Below are positions 1-8,239 of a stretch of DNA of 64,000 bases, piece after piece (position 1 is the stretch's first letter; each line of letters opens with the position of its first letter). The DNA lies in NCBI GenBank assembly GCA_023389745.1, contig JAEWED010000197.1:1212-65211 (forward strand). The letters are read 5' to 3'. The translations under genes and the position numbers were made by a program. The DNA comes from Actinomycetes bacterium (GTDB lineage Bacteria > Actinomycetota > Acidimicrobiia > Acidimicrobiales > Microtrichaceae). The notes beneath the pieces were generated by a model that saw nothing but the letters and a program-made list of their open reading frames with translations, did no database searches and had not been told where the DNA came from.

Positions 1-1553
1 TCGATGAGCAGCTTGTCGAGAGTGTCGGCGTCGATGCCGGTATCCACCGCGAGCACCTCGGCCGCTGCGGCCGAAGGTGCGACACCGAAGCACGGTCGCC
101 CCTCGGCGTGGAGTCGAGCGACGGCCGGGCGCATTGCACTGGTCTTACCGGTGCCGGCAGGTCCGACGACGAGGACCAGGCGTCGCTCTCCTGCGACAGC
201 CCCCGCTGCGTGGTTCTGCACGGCGGTCAGCTCGCCGTCGTGGTCGAGGTCCTGGGCGTCACTCCCACCTTCGGCGGCGCATCGTCGGGTGAGGTCGAGG
301 ATGTGCTCCTCCTCATCCAGGATCGCCCTCGTGGTGAGGATCCGGTCGAGCGCTCCTTCGGTGACCGGCCGCCCGTCCTGGCGAAGCGGGACCTGGTCGG
401 GCAGGGGTCGGGAGATGTCGAGGGTGAGCGCGTCCTCGACGTGCGACGCGAGCCGCTGCGCCCGTTCGACGACCTCGGCAGCGGTGCCGCCGAGGCGGGT
501 GGGCAGCGCGGCGGCGATCTCGCGGGTGATCTCGGCAGGTCGCCACACCGACTGGGTGTCTCGCAGCGAGGACAAGGCGTCGAGGACCGTGTCGCGTTCG
601 GTGATCGCGTCGGCTTCGATCGGGCGGGTGCGCCCGGTGACCAGGTCGAGGTAGCGGTCGGGGCTGAAGCCGAGGGCTTGGAGCTGGCCGATCCACTGCT
701 CGTGGAGGAACTGGGCGTCCTCGCTGGTCTTGGACGGGCGGCTGTCGATGGCGGCCTCACGCTCGATGCGCCACCGCTCCCGGGGCGTGGGTCGCCGGCC
801 AAGGCTCTCGACGAACCGCTCGGTCTTCTCATCGAGGCGACGGGCCATCTGGCGCGTGCGCTGGGAGAAGGCGTCGAGGACCTCGTCAGGAGCGTCGACG
901 ATCTCGGCCTGACCGTTCACGACCTCGTTCCAGCGAACGCCGAGCCGGGAGGTCAGCTCGGCCCGCAGCCCGGCCGCGTAGAGCGCGGAGATGGTGCGCG
1001 GGTCGTGCTTGAGGGTGCGGGCATCGAGGGCCAGCCACCGGCCGTCGGGGGCCATGACCCGGTTCGGGATGACGAGGTGGGTGTGGACCTGCGGGTCGTG
1101 CGCTCGGCTGGTGTGCTGGCGAAACGCGGCGGCGACCAGGCCGCGGGCGTCGACAGTCCACACCTCGCCGTCGACCCGGTAGCGGCAGTGGGCGTGGTCC
1201 TCGATCCACCCGAACGCCGCCGCCACCGCCGCGTCATGTGCTTCGAGGACGTCCTTGCGGACCCGGTCGTCGCCGATGGCGAACAGGACCGACACCGACT
1301 TCGGTGCCGAACAGGTGACGTCGAACCCGCGCACCGTGCGCTCGTGGTGGCTCGTTCCCAGCAGCTCGCCGGTGGCCGGGTCCCGGCCGTCCATCAGCGA
1401 GTGGAAGTCGTCGTCGTCCACCTCCCCGGCGAGACCGAGGGAGACGGCGCCGCGGCCGAGCCACCGGCCGGGCGGCTCGTCGCCATCCAGGTAGTACCGG
1501 CCAGGGCCGTCGACGTAGTAGGCGCCGGCGTCGGGGCCCTTGAGCGTGGTCAC
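1..1553 (-). CDS. MobF/TrwC-type conjugative relaxase fused to a P-loop helicase (N-terminal part only; gene runs off the left edge)
   Basis: Absent from the ORF track because it has no stop in the window; the minus frame is open from nt 1 to ~1650. My translation from GTG 1553 reads VTTLKGPDAGAYYVDGPGRYYLDGDEPPGRWLG...FDVTCSAPKSVSVLFA...HTSRAHDPQVHTHLVIPN (relaxase His-triad region). LVLVVGPAGTGKT (Walker A) lies at nt 141-179. Alternative in-frame GTG starts are at 1565, 1577 and 1592. Confidence 0.8.
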   Translation of the reverse strand, partial: MTTLKGPDAGAYYVDGPGRYYLDGDEPPGRWLGRGAVSLGLAGEVDDDDFHSLMDGRDPATGELLGTSHHERTVRGFDVTCSAPKSVSVLFAIGDDRVRKDVLEAHDAAVAAAFGWIEDHAHCRYRVDGEVWTVDARGLVAAAFRQHTSRAHDPQVHTHLVIPNRVMAPDGRWLALDARTLKHDPRTISALYAAGLRAELTSRLGVRWNEVVNGQAEIVDAPDEVLDAFSQRTRQMARRLDEKTERFVESLGRRPTPRERWRIEREAAIDSRPSKTSEDAQFLHEQWIGQLQALGFSPDRYLDLVTGRTRPIEADAITERDTVLDALSSLRDTQSVWRPAEITREIAAALPTRLGGTAAEVVERAQRLASHVEDALTLDISRPLPDQVPLRQDGRPVTEGALDRILTTRAILDEEEHILDLTRRCAAEGGSDAQDLDHDGELTAVQNHAAGAVAGERRLVLVVGPAGTGKTSAMRPAVARLHAEGRPCFGVAPSAAAAEVLAVDTGIDADTLDKLLI

Positions 1554-1650
1554 CCGGGCGGTCACGAGCGACTCCCGCACGAGCTCGTGCACTCGTCTGT
1601 CGATCGTTGCGACGCTTGCGCTCGAGTCGGTCCGGTCACGGGTCGCTCCT

Positions 1651-2100
1651 TCAGCGGGAGGGGTGGGTGACGGTGATGCCGGTGCCGTCGAGGTGGACCA
1701 CGTAGGTGGGCGGCTCCATCGGTCCGGTCGACGGCAGGACTTCGAGGACACCGGCCCGGCGGAGCTGGCGCAGCCGCCGATGCGCGCTGTCCTTGGACAG
1801 GAACCCGAGCCGCTCGGCCACACCCCGGGTGCTCGCCGCCACCACCAACCGACCGTCGACCAGCTCGGCCTGGGCGACGAGCACATGCAGCACCGCCACC
1901 GCGTCCGGCCCGTGTTCACGCATGAAGTCGAGCGCCTCGGGGTAGCGATGCTCGATCAGCACCTCCCCCGCCGCCAGCTCCGTCGACCCGGCCGCTGTCG
2001 CAGGCTCGGCAGGAACGGCACGACGCGCCCGCGGGCGCGTCGGCCCTCTGGCGGGGGCCTCGGGAGCGAGGTCCAGGAACGTCAGTTGCTCGGCTGCCAT
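1651..2100 (-). CDS. winged-helix DNA-binding protein of the mobile element (function unknown; regulator or replication/transfer accessory)
   Basis: 149-aa ORF directly upstream of the relaxase on the same strand. The segment STRGVAERLGFLSKDSAHRRLRQLRRAGVLEV reads as an HTH plus wing (MarR/ArsR-like). Confidence 0.6.
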   Translation of the reverse strand: MAAEQLTFLDLAPEAPARGPTRPRARRAVPAEPATAAGSTELAAGEVLIEHRYPEALDFMREHGPDAVAVLHVLVAQAELVDGRLVVAASTRGVAERLGFLSKDSAHRRLRQLRRAGVLEVLPSTGPMEPPTYVVHLDGTGITVTHPSR

Positions 2101-2380
2101 ATCGACCTCCGGACGGGCGCGGAGATCCCGTCACCTAGGTAGGCCGATTTCGAGGCCGAATCTCGACAAGAAATCCGCGATTCCTCGCGACTTCTTGTCC
2201 CCGATGTGCGACACAGCTACGGGTCGGGCGTGGGACTGGTCAGGTCGGCCGTGCCGTGCGACGATGACAAGCGATCCCGCCCGGACCGGTCCGGTCCCTG
2301 CAGGCCCCTCGTGACGGTGGGAATCCGTCGCCTTCCAAACCGCTCCGACCACGCGTCGGACGTGTCCTCAGGAGAAGGCG

Positions 2381-3754
2381 ATGACCACCGGCCGCAACAA
2401 CATCCGCAAGCGCGGATCGACCTGGACCTACCGCCTCTACGTCACCGAGGGCGACGGCACCCGCCGCCAGACCTCCAAGGGCGGCTTCGCCACCCGCAAG
2501 GAGGCCGAGACCGCCCGGGCCGAGGCCCTCACCGCGATGGCCACCGGGAGCTGGGTGAAGCCCGACCGGCTCACCGTGGCCGAGTTCCTCACCGACGAGT
2601 GGCTACCGACCCAGCTACCGCCGACCCTCGAGGAGAGCACCTACGTCAGCTACGCCCGCAACCTCCGGCTCCACGTCGCGCCCTACATCGGCGGCATCCG
2701 GCTCCAAGAGCTGACCCCGATGGACCTCAACGCCCTGTACCGCAAGCTCCTCGACTCCGGTCGACGGCCACCCGGTACGCCGGCCCGCCAGCACGACCAG
2801 GCCGTGCTCGACCTCATCGCCGACCTCAAGGGCGAAGGCAACACATGGCAACAGGTCGCCGACGCCGTCGGTGAGGCGTTCCCCGCCGAGGCCGGGATCA
2901 CCCGGGATGCCGTGGCCGCGGCGCACCGACGAGCACAGCGGCCGGCTCCGCTGGCGAAGGACCCGGGGCTGAGCAACCGGACGGTCCGCTACGTCCACAC
3001 GATCATCCACGCCGCGCTGCGCGACGCGATGCGCTGGAACCGCGTCACGCGCAACGTCGCCTCCTCTGCGACTCCCCCACCCCAGTCCTCGACCCGGAAG
3101 AAGCGGCGCACCACCTGGACCGCCGAGCAACTCGTCCAGTTCCTCGACTTCGTCGCCGACAGCCCCTACCTCCCGGCCTGGATCTACCTCGCCACCTCCG
3201 GCTCACGCCGCGGCGAGGTCCTCGGCCTCAAGTGGGAGGACATCAACTTCGACGGGCACGAGGCGCTCATGTCCCGCCAGCTCTGCATGGTCGGCCACCG
3301 CATCGTGATCAAGGACCTCCCCAAGACCAAGACAGGCCACCTGATCGCCCTCGACCCCGGCACCGTGCAGATGCTCCGCGACCTCCAGACCCGCCAGGCC
3401 GAACTCAAGCGCATGCTCGGCGCCGGCTACCACGACGAAGACTGGATCTTCTGCCGGGCCGACGGCGTGCCGCTCCACCCCGAGCGCTTCAGCCGGGAGT
3501 TCCTCCGCAAGCAGGAGGCCTACAACAAGGCCCACGCCGACGAGCCACTACCGAGGCTGAAGCTCCACGGCCTCCGCCACACGTGGGCGACGCTCGCTCT
3601 GGAGGAGGGCATCGACATCCACGTCGTCAGCGACCGCCTCGACCACAGCAGCACCCACATCACCAGCGAGATCTACACCCACGTCCGCCGCCCCCTGCAG
3701 TCCGACGCCGCCGACCGCGTAGCGGCGAGGATCTTCGGCAATGGCCATGGATGA
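2381..3754 (+). CDS. int: tyrosine recombinase / phage-type integrase
   Basis: 457 aa. It has SGSRRGEVLGLKWEDI (first catalytic Arg) and LKLHGLRHTWATLALEEGIDIHVVSDRLDHSSTHITSEIYTHV (HxxR...H...Y catalytic box). An AGGAGAAGG Shine-Dalgarno sits before the ATG. Confidence 0.95.
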   Translation: MTTGRNNIRKRGSTWTYRLYVTEGDGTRRQTSKGGFATRKEAETARAEALTAMATGSWVKPDRLTVAEFLTDEWLPTQLPPTLEESTYVSYARNLRLHVAPYIGGIRLQELTPMDLNALYRKLLDSGRRPPGTPARQHDQAVLDLIADLKGEGNTWQQVADAVGEAFPAEAGITRDAVAAAHRRAQRPAPLAKDPGLSNRTVRYVHTIIHAALRDAMRWNRVTRNVASSATPPPQSSTRKKRRTTWTAEQLVQFLDFVADSPYLPAWIYLATSGSRRGEVLGLKWEDINFDGHEALMSRQLCMVGHRIVIKDLPKTKTGHLIALDPGTVQMLRDLQTRQAELKRMLGAGYHDEDWIFCRADGVPLHPERFSREFLRKQEAYNKAHADEPLPRLKLHGLRHTWATLALEEGIDIHVVSDRLDHSSTHITSEIYTHVRRPLQSDAADRVAARIFGNGHG

Positions 3755-4056
3755 CGGGCCCGGCGACTCCCCCGGGCCCGGCGGTAGGCGCTCCATGCTC
3801 CCGCCGGCTCAGCACGGGTGGGTTCCACTGGATCGGGAACCGGCGGGGCGCCGCGAGGCCCCTCCGGATTCCGCCGATGCTCGTACTGCCCGTCGCCTGC
3901 ACCTCGATCGATCGAGTCCGGTCACGAAGGCGGTCGCAAAGACCGTTCTTGACCGCCCGGCTGAATACCATAACGGTTGACGTAGCAATTGCGAGATACA
4001 GTACCGAGATACAGACAGTCGCGCTCGGAGATGCGTCATTGTGTACGGAGGTTGAG

Positions 4057-4584
4057 ATGCCGGTTCCGGAGATTGAAGCGATGGGTCAGGTTGCCGAAGC
4101 GCTGGAACGCCTCGAGCCTGAGGAGCGGAGCCGCGTCATACGGTGGGCGGCGGAGCGCTACGGCGTGACGCTTGGGAAGAGCCCGACGAAGGGTCGCGAG
4201 GATCCCCTCGACGAAGTCGACATCGACGAGGAGGACGAGGTTGGCGGAGGGCGTGACAATCCGGCTAGCAGCGGCGAATTCGAGCACTTTGCGGACCTCT
4301 ACGCCGCGGTCGACCCCAGCACCGACAAGGAGCGCGTCCTCGTGGCTGCGTACTGGGTCCAGGTGATCGAGGGCGACGACACGTTCGGCTCGACGGTGCT
4401 GAACAAGATGCTGAAGGATCTCGGGCACAGCGTTGCGGCCATCAACAAGGCGATGAGCCGGAACATGAACGAGAAGCCGCAGCTGATTCTGCAGGTGAAG
4501 CGTGGGGGAAACTCTCAGCAGTCACGGAAGGTTTACAAGCTGACCGCCGCCGGCGTCGCCTGGGTGAAGGGGCAGTTGGGCTGA
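4057..4584 (+). CDS. island cargo protein A: helical N-terminus, acidic linker, C-terminal wHTH-like domain (hypothetical)
   Basis: I take the internal ATG 4057 of track ORF 3232-4584, because ACGGAGG lies 7 nt upstream and the A/T-richer patch begins ~3960. The protein (175 aa) contains DPLDEVDIDEEDEVGGG and ends ...SQQSRKVYKLTAAGVAWVKGQLG. Its stop TGA (4582-4584) is 1 nt from the ATG of the next gene. Confidence 0.7.
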   Translation: MPVPEIEAMGQVAEALERLEPEERSRVIRWAAERYGVTLGKSPTKGREDPLDEVDIDEEDEVGGGRDNPASSGEFEHFADLYAAVDPSTDKERVLVAAYWVQVIEGDDTFGSTVLNKMLKDLGHSVAAINKAMSRNMNEKPQLILQVKRGGNSQQSRKVYKLTAAGVAWVKGQLG

Positions 4585-4585
4585 G

Positions 4586-5347
4586 ATGACGCTGTCGCCC
4601 GGTGCCGCCTTTGCCGACCTGCCGACCGGACTGCGAGACGACTTAGTCGACGCCTACAACGACGTCGTGAGGAACTATGCCGAGCGGAGATGGGGGCCGT
4701 CCGAACTCGACGGCGGAAAGCTCTGCGAAGCCGTCTACACGGTGATCCGCGGAATGGCCGACGGAACGATGGCGGCTCGGGCGTCGAAGCCCCGTGACAT
4801 GGTGAGCGCGTGCCGCAACATGGAGCAGGAGACCGCTCAGTCTCGGTCTGTGAGGATCCAGATTCCGCGGATGATCGTGGGCCTGTACGAGATCCGCAAC
4901 AACCGTGGTGTGGGCCATGCTGGTGGTGACGTAGACCCCAACGAGATGGACGCGACAGCGGTCCTCTACATGAGCAAGTGGTTGCTGGCCGAGCTCGTAC
5001 GGGTCCGGCACACGCTGACGACATCCGAGGCCGAAGTTCTTGTCGAGTCGCTGGTGGAGAGACAGGTACCGGTCGTGTGGACCGGGGAGGACAAGAAGCG
5101 AGTCCTTCGACCAGGCCTGACCTGGAAGCAGAACACACTTCTGTTGCTGCTCTCGGAGGCGGGCGAGGTGGCTGAGGCGGACCTGTATGGCTGGCTCGAG
5201 CATCCCTCCCTGAAGAACTTCCGAGGCGCGGTACTTCGCCCGGGGCACAAGGAACGACTGTGGGAGTACAACGAGGACAGACGGACTGTGACACTCCTGC
5301 CGCCCGGCGTCGAGGCTGGCGAGGAGCTTGCCCGGGCGTTGTCCTAG
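4586..5347 (+). CDS. island cargo protein B: HEPN-motif (RN..H) protein with C-terminal wHTH-like region, abortive-infection-like (hypothetical)
   Basis: 253 aa, translationally coupled to A. The central motif is LYEIRNNRGVGHAGGDVDPNEMDA (R104-H111, nt 4895-4918), which fits the HEPN R-x4-6-H signature with Asn after Arg. The family assignment is from memory of Abi_C/HEPN families, not from a search. Confidence 0.7.
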   Translation: MTLSPGAAFADLPTGLRDDLVDAYNDVVRNYAERRWGPSELDGGKLCEAVYTVIRGMADGTMAARASKPRDMVSACRNMEQETAQSRSVRIQIPRMIVGLYEIRNNRGVGHAGGDVDPNEMDATAVLYMSKWLLAELVRVRHTLTTSEAEVLVESLVERQVPVVWTGEDKKRVLRPGLTWKQNTLLLLLSEAGEVAEADLYGWLEHPSLKNFRGAVLRPGHKERLWEYNEDRRTVTLLPPGVEAGEELARALS

Positions 5348-5403
5348 TCGGCAGCTGACACTCACCCGCTCCCGCAGATCGAACAAAGAGCCCCGGCCAG
5401 CAC

Positions 5404-5417
5404 CCGGAGTTCCGCAG
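5404..5417. repeat. IS left terminal inverted repeat (CCGGAGTTCCGCAG), preceded by target duplication AGCAC at 5399-5403
   Basis: Read directly from the sequence. Confidence 0.85.
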
Positions 5418-5516
5418 TTGGGGTGGTGGTCTAGGTTCCCGAAATGCCCAGTGACCTGCGAGAACGCGTTGATGGGCGCGGGAGTGCCGTGTATCTATGC
5501 GGGGCGTGACCGCTGG

Positions 5517-7184
5517 TCAGGCTGCAGGCGCGGCGGCGGGTCGGAGTTCGGTGAACTCTCGGGGCTCCGCGATGCCGAGGGCGTTGAAGATGCGGGCTTG
5601 GGCTTGGGTGGTTGTGGTGCGGCGCTTGACGGTGCCGGCCGGTCCGGTGAAGACGCCGAGGTGCATCTGGTCGAGCTCGTGGCGCAGGTTCCGCCAGGTG
5701 TCGCCGGTGGTGATCTCGGCGACGCGGATGAGCAACAGCGCGAGCCAGCACAGCACGACATGGGCGCGGATGCGGTTCTCCAACCGGTGGTAGACGGGTC
5801 GCAGCTCGAGGGTGGACTTCATGTCGCGCCAGCCGCGTTCGACTTCGAGGAGTTGCTTGTAGCCAAGCGCGATGTCTTCGACCGACAGGGTCGGATCCGC
5901 GCTGCGCAGCAGGAACTTGCCGTCGAGGCGTTCTTCGGTGGTGACCGCGGAGCGGTCGATGCGCAACAGCCAGGCCGGTGTGGTGCGCAGGAACCGGCGC
6001 AGCCCGGCGGGCAGAGACCCGGCCAGTTCGGCCCGCTTGGCCGCTGGGAGCTTGTCGGTGTCGTCGATGGCGTCGGCGAGCTGAGCGAGGAGCTGCTCGC
6101 GCACGGCCCGATCGCGGGTTGCTTGTTCGGGGTTGCGGCAGATCACGAACCGGTCCCGCATGACGCCGTCGTCGAGCACGACCTCCTTGACCTCCAAGTT
6201 GCCCGAGATGGTGTGGTAGCGGCCTTGGCGGGCGAGCGCGGCGTCGGCTTCTGGGGTGCCGCCACGGAGCTTCTCGCCCAAGATGTAGCTGCCCCCGGCG
6301 CGCTGGAGGTAGCGACGGTTCTCCGCGGATGCGAAGCCTCGATCCGCGACCCACACCACCCGGCCCAGCTTCCAGGCGTGGAGGTCGTCTTTGACCTGGC
6401 GGATCAGCGCGGAGTCGTTCGTGTTGCCGGGCCAGGACCACACCCGAATCGGGATGCCGGTGCGGGTGACCGCCATCCCGATGATCACCTGGGGCAGATC
6501 CGGGCGGTGGTCCTTGGAGTGGCCGTGGGTGCGGAACCCGACCGTCTCCCCCTCGGCTGGATCGTCGGCGGTCTCGATCTCGAAGTAGGTCGAGGTCGTG
6601 TCGAAGAACAACGGGTCGACCTCGAGGTTCAACAGGTCCGCAGTGGCCCAGTAGACGGCCTCAGCGAGGGGTTCTTCGATCTCCAACAGCCAGTCCATCG
6701 CCCGGTAGCACGCGTCGGCGTCGACGTCGTCGAGCCCGTCGATGTGGACCCGGTCGCGAACCCAGCTGGTCGCAGCCAGCTTCGAGGACGGATCGATCGC
6801 CCGGTTCGCCACGAGCGCGAACAGCACCCGCTCCACCTCCGAAGCGCGCTTGGTGCCCGAGACGAGCTTGCGCAACGTCTTGTCGATCCCCAAGCGACGC
6901 CACAGCGCATCGAGCACGTAGGCAGCGCCCATCGGCCGTGACTCGCTGAACTCCAGATCGCCACCCACCCCGGTCGACAGGGCCTGCTGCGGTGGAAGCG
7001 CACGCGACAACGAACCGATCAACCGGGCGATGGCGTCACGGTCCAGCTCGTCCTCGCGGCCGAAGTTGTAGATGACCTGCACCCGCGACTGACCGGCCTC
7101 GGCGTCCCAGTCGTTGTGGGCCAACTGCAAGTACCGGACCTCGCTGCCGTCCTTGCGACGCCGTTTCGTCGTTCGCAGATACAT
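5517..7184 (-). CDS. IS1634-family DDE transposase
   Basis: 555 aa. The N-terminus MYLRTTKRRRKDGSEVRYLQLAHNDWDAEAGQSRVQVIYNFGREDELDRDAI is the hallmark start of IS1634-family transposases as I remember them. Confidence 0.9.
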   Translation of the reverse strand: MYLRTTKRRRKDGSEVRYLQLAHNDWDAEAGQSRVQVIYNFGREDELDRDAIARLIGSLSRALPPQQALSTGVGGDLEFSESRPMGAAYVLDALWRRLGIDKTLRKLVSGTKRASEVERVLFALVANRAIDPSSKLAATSWVRDRVHIDGLDDVDADACYRAMDWLLEIEEPLAEAVYWATADLLNLEVDPLFFDTTSTYFEIETADDPAEGETVGFRTHGHSKDHRPDLPQVIIGMAVTRTGIPIRVWSWPGNTNDSALIRQVKDDLHAWKLGRVVWVADRGFASAENRRYLQRAGGSYILGEKLRGGTPEADAALARQGRYHTISGNLEVKEVVLDDGVMRDRFVICRNPEQATRDRAVREQLLAQLADAIDDTDKLPAAKRAELAGSLPAGLRRFLRTTPAWLLRIDRSAVTTEERLDGKFLLRSADPTLSVEDIALGYKQLLEVERGWRDMKSTLELRPVYHRLENRIRAHVVLCWLALLLIRVAEITTGDTWRNLRHELDQMHLGVFTGPAGTVKRRTTTTQAQARIFNALGIAEPREFTELRPAAAPAA

Positions 7185-7328
7185 GTATCCAGCACGATAC
7201 CCGAAGTACCAAGTCCAGTCGAGCTACAACCACCAAAGCGTGTATCTAGGCGGTTCGGGCTCTCAGAGCACCCCGCAATCCTGTGACCAGCACGTTCGCG
7301 TTCGCGTGTACCCAGAAACGGCCTTCAG

Positions 7329-7342
7329 CTGCGGAACTCCGG
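7329..7342. repeat. IS right terminal inverted repeat (CTGCGGAACTCCGG), followed by target duplication AGCAC at 7343-7347
   Basis: Exact reverse complement of 5404-5417. Confidence 0.85.
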
Positions 7343-7421
7343 AGCACGTCGCAGAATGCTGTGATGACAAAACAATGACAAGCGGCCGATTCAGGGCGAC
7401 GCACCTCGCCCGAAAACGGCG

Positions 7422-7447
7422 CTGACCAGGGCGTTTGCCCTGGTCAG
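7422..7447 (-). terminator. hairpin (11-bp stem, 4-nt loop) immediately 3' of tRNA-Leu
   Basis: CTGACCAGGGC-GTTT-GCCCTGGTCAG. On the minus strand it is followed by CGCCGTTTTCGGG (a short T run). Confidence 0.6.
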
Positions 7448-7448
7448 G

Positions 7449-7535
7449 TGGTGTCGGAGGGGGGACTTGAACCCCCACGCCCTTGCGGGCACTAGCCCCT
7501 CAAGCTAGCGCGTCTGCCAATTCCGCCACTCCGAC
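7449..7535 (-). tRNA. tRNA-Leu(GAG), CCA encoded
   Basis: The reverse complement folds as GTCGGAG-TG-GCGGAATTGGCAGACGC-G-CTAGC-TTGAGGG-GCTAG-(15-nt variable arm)-GGGGG-TTCAAGT-CCCCC-CTCCGAC-A-CCA. Confidence 0.9.
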
Positions 7536-7676
7536 GTGGCCTCCGCATCTCTGCGAAGCGAGGCGTCACTGTAGCGCACCCGCGCCCAGGACTCGAAACA
7601 CGATCCCCGACACGCCGCACGCCACGCCGGGCAAGCTTGCAGCACGCACCATCACCCCCTGGAAGGGATCGCACCG

Positions 7677-8225
7677 ATGAGCAACTACGACACGTTCGTC
7701 CTGTTCGCCGCCGAGTACAGCAACGTCGAAGACGCCGAGCTCGACTACGAAGCGGTCAAGGCCCTCTACTACGACCTCGACCTGGTCGACACCTTCGACG
7801 CGGCGGTCATCGAGCGCAAGGACCACGGCAAGGTCAAGATCGTCAAGAAGCACGAACAACCGACCCGCAAGGGTGCGTGGATCGGTGGCGGACTGGGACT
7901 CGCGGCAGGCGCCGTGCTGCTCGTGTTCCCCGCCGCGGCCATCGGCGCGGGGGTGCTGGCCGGCACCACCGCCGGCGGCGCGGGCGTCGGCGCGCTCGCC
8001 GGGCACGTCGCCCGTGGCATGTCACGCCACGACCTCAAGGAGCTCGGCGAGTCGCTCGACGAAGGCGACGCCGGTCTGGTGGTCATCGCGGCGGTCGACC
8101 TCGAGGGCCGCATCGCCGACGCGGTCGCCCGCGCCGACAAGATCCTGCGCAAGCAGATCAAGGCCGACCGCAAGGAGCTCGAGAAGGAGCTGAAGGACGC
8201 CGAGAAGGAGGCCGAGAAGGCCTGA
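7677..8225 (+). CDS. DUF1269-like membrane protein (Gly-rich TM segment, C-terminal KE-rich coiled tail)
   Basis: 182 aa: MSNYDTFVLFAAEYSNVEDAELDYEAVKALY... followed by GAWIGGGLGLAAGAVLLVFPAAAIGAGVLAG. Confidence 0.65.
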   Translation: MSNYDTFVLFAAEYSNVEDAELDYEAVKALYYDLDLVDTFDAAVIERKDHGKVKIVKKHEQPTRKGAWIGGGLGLAAGAVLLVFPAAAIGAGVLAGTTAGGAGVGALAGHVARGMSRHDLKELGESLDEGDAGLVVIAAVDLEGRIADAVARADKILRKQIKADRKELEKELKDAEKEAEKA

Positions 8226-8239
8226 GCCGCTCCGCCCGA

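Larger units (their letters stand above)
5404..7342 (-). mobile_element. IS1634-family (IS4-related) insertion sequence, 1939 bp, apparently intact
   Basis: Perfect 14-bp terminal inverted repeats CCGGAGTTCCGCAG lie at 5404-5417 and, reverse-complemented, at 7329-7342. They are flanked by a 5-bp direct repeat AGCAC (5399-5403 and 7343-7347). The element has a single transposase ORF. Confidence 0.85.

Noticed and set aside
108-1670. 520-aa plus-strand ORF (and 4-654, 227-832 and others) over the left end
   Set aside because: It is antisense or out of frame to the relaxase gene. Its translation is Arg/Gly/Asp/Val-rich with no motifs, whereas the minus frame gives clear TrwC and Walker A motifs. 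This is the typical shadow ORF of a high-GC genome.
2131-2352. 73-aa minus-strand ORF in the wHTH-integrase divergent spacer, considered as a possible excisionase
   Set aside because: It has no HTH or MerR-like Xis signature and poor coding composition. The region more likely holds divergent promoters; the inverted repeat GACAAGAA…TTCTTGTC at 2165-2200 was noted.
5488-5503. 15-bp subterminal repeat CGTGTATCTA(T/G)GCGG at 5488-5502 and 7239-7253, considered as the true IS ends or target duplication
   Set aside because: The copies are in direct orientation inside the element, 84 and 88 nt from the ends, and no inverted repeats abut them. The 14-bp TIRs plus the AGCAC duplication give a cleaner boundary. 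They may be transposase-binding sites, but that is not supportable here.
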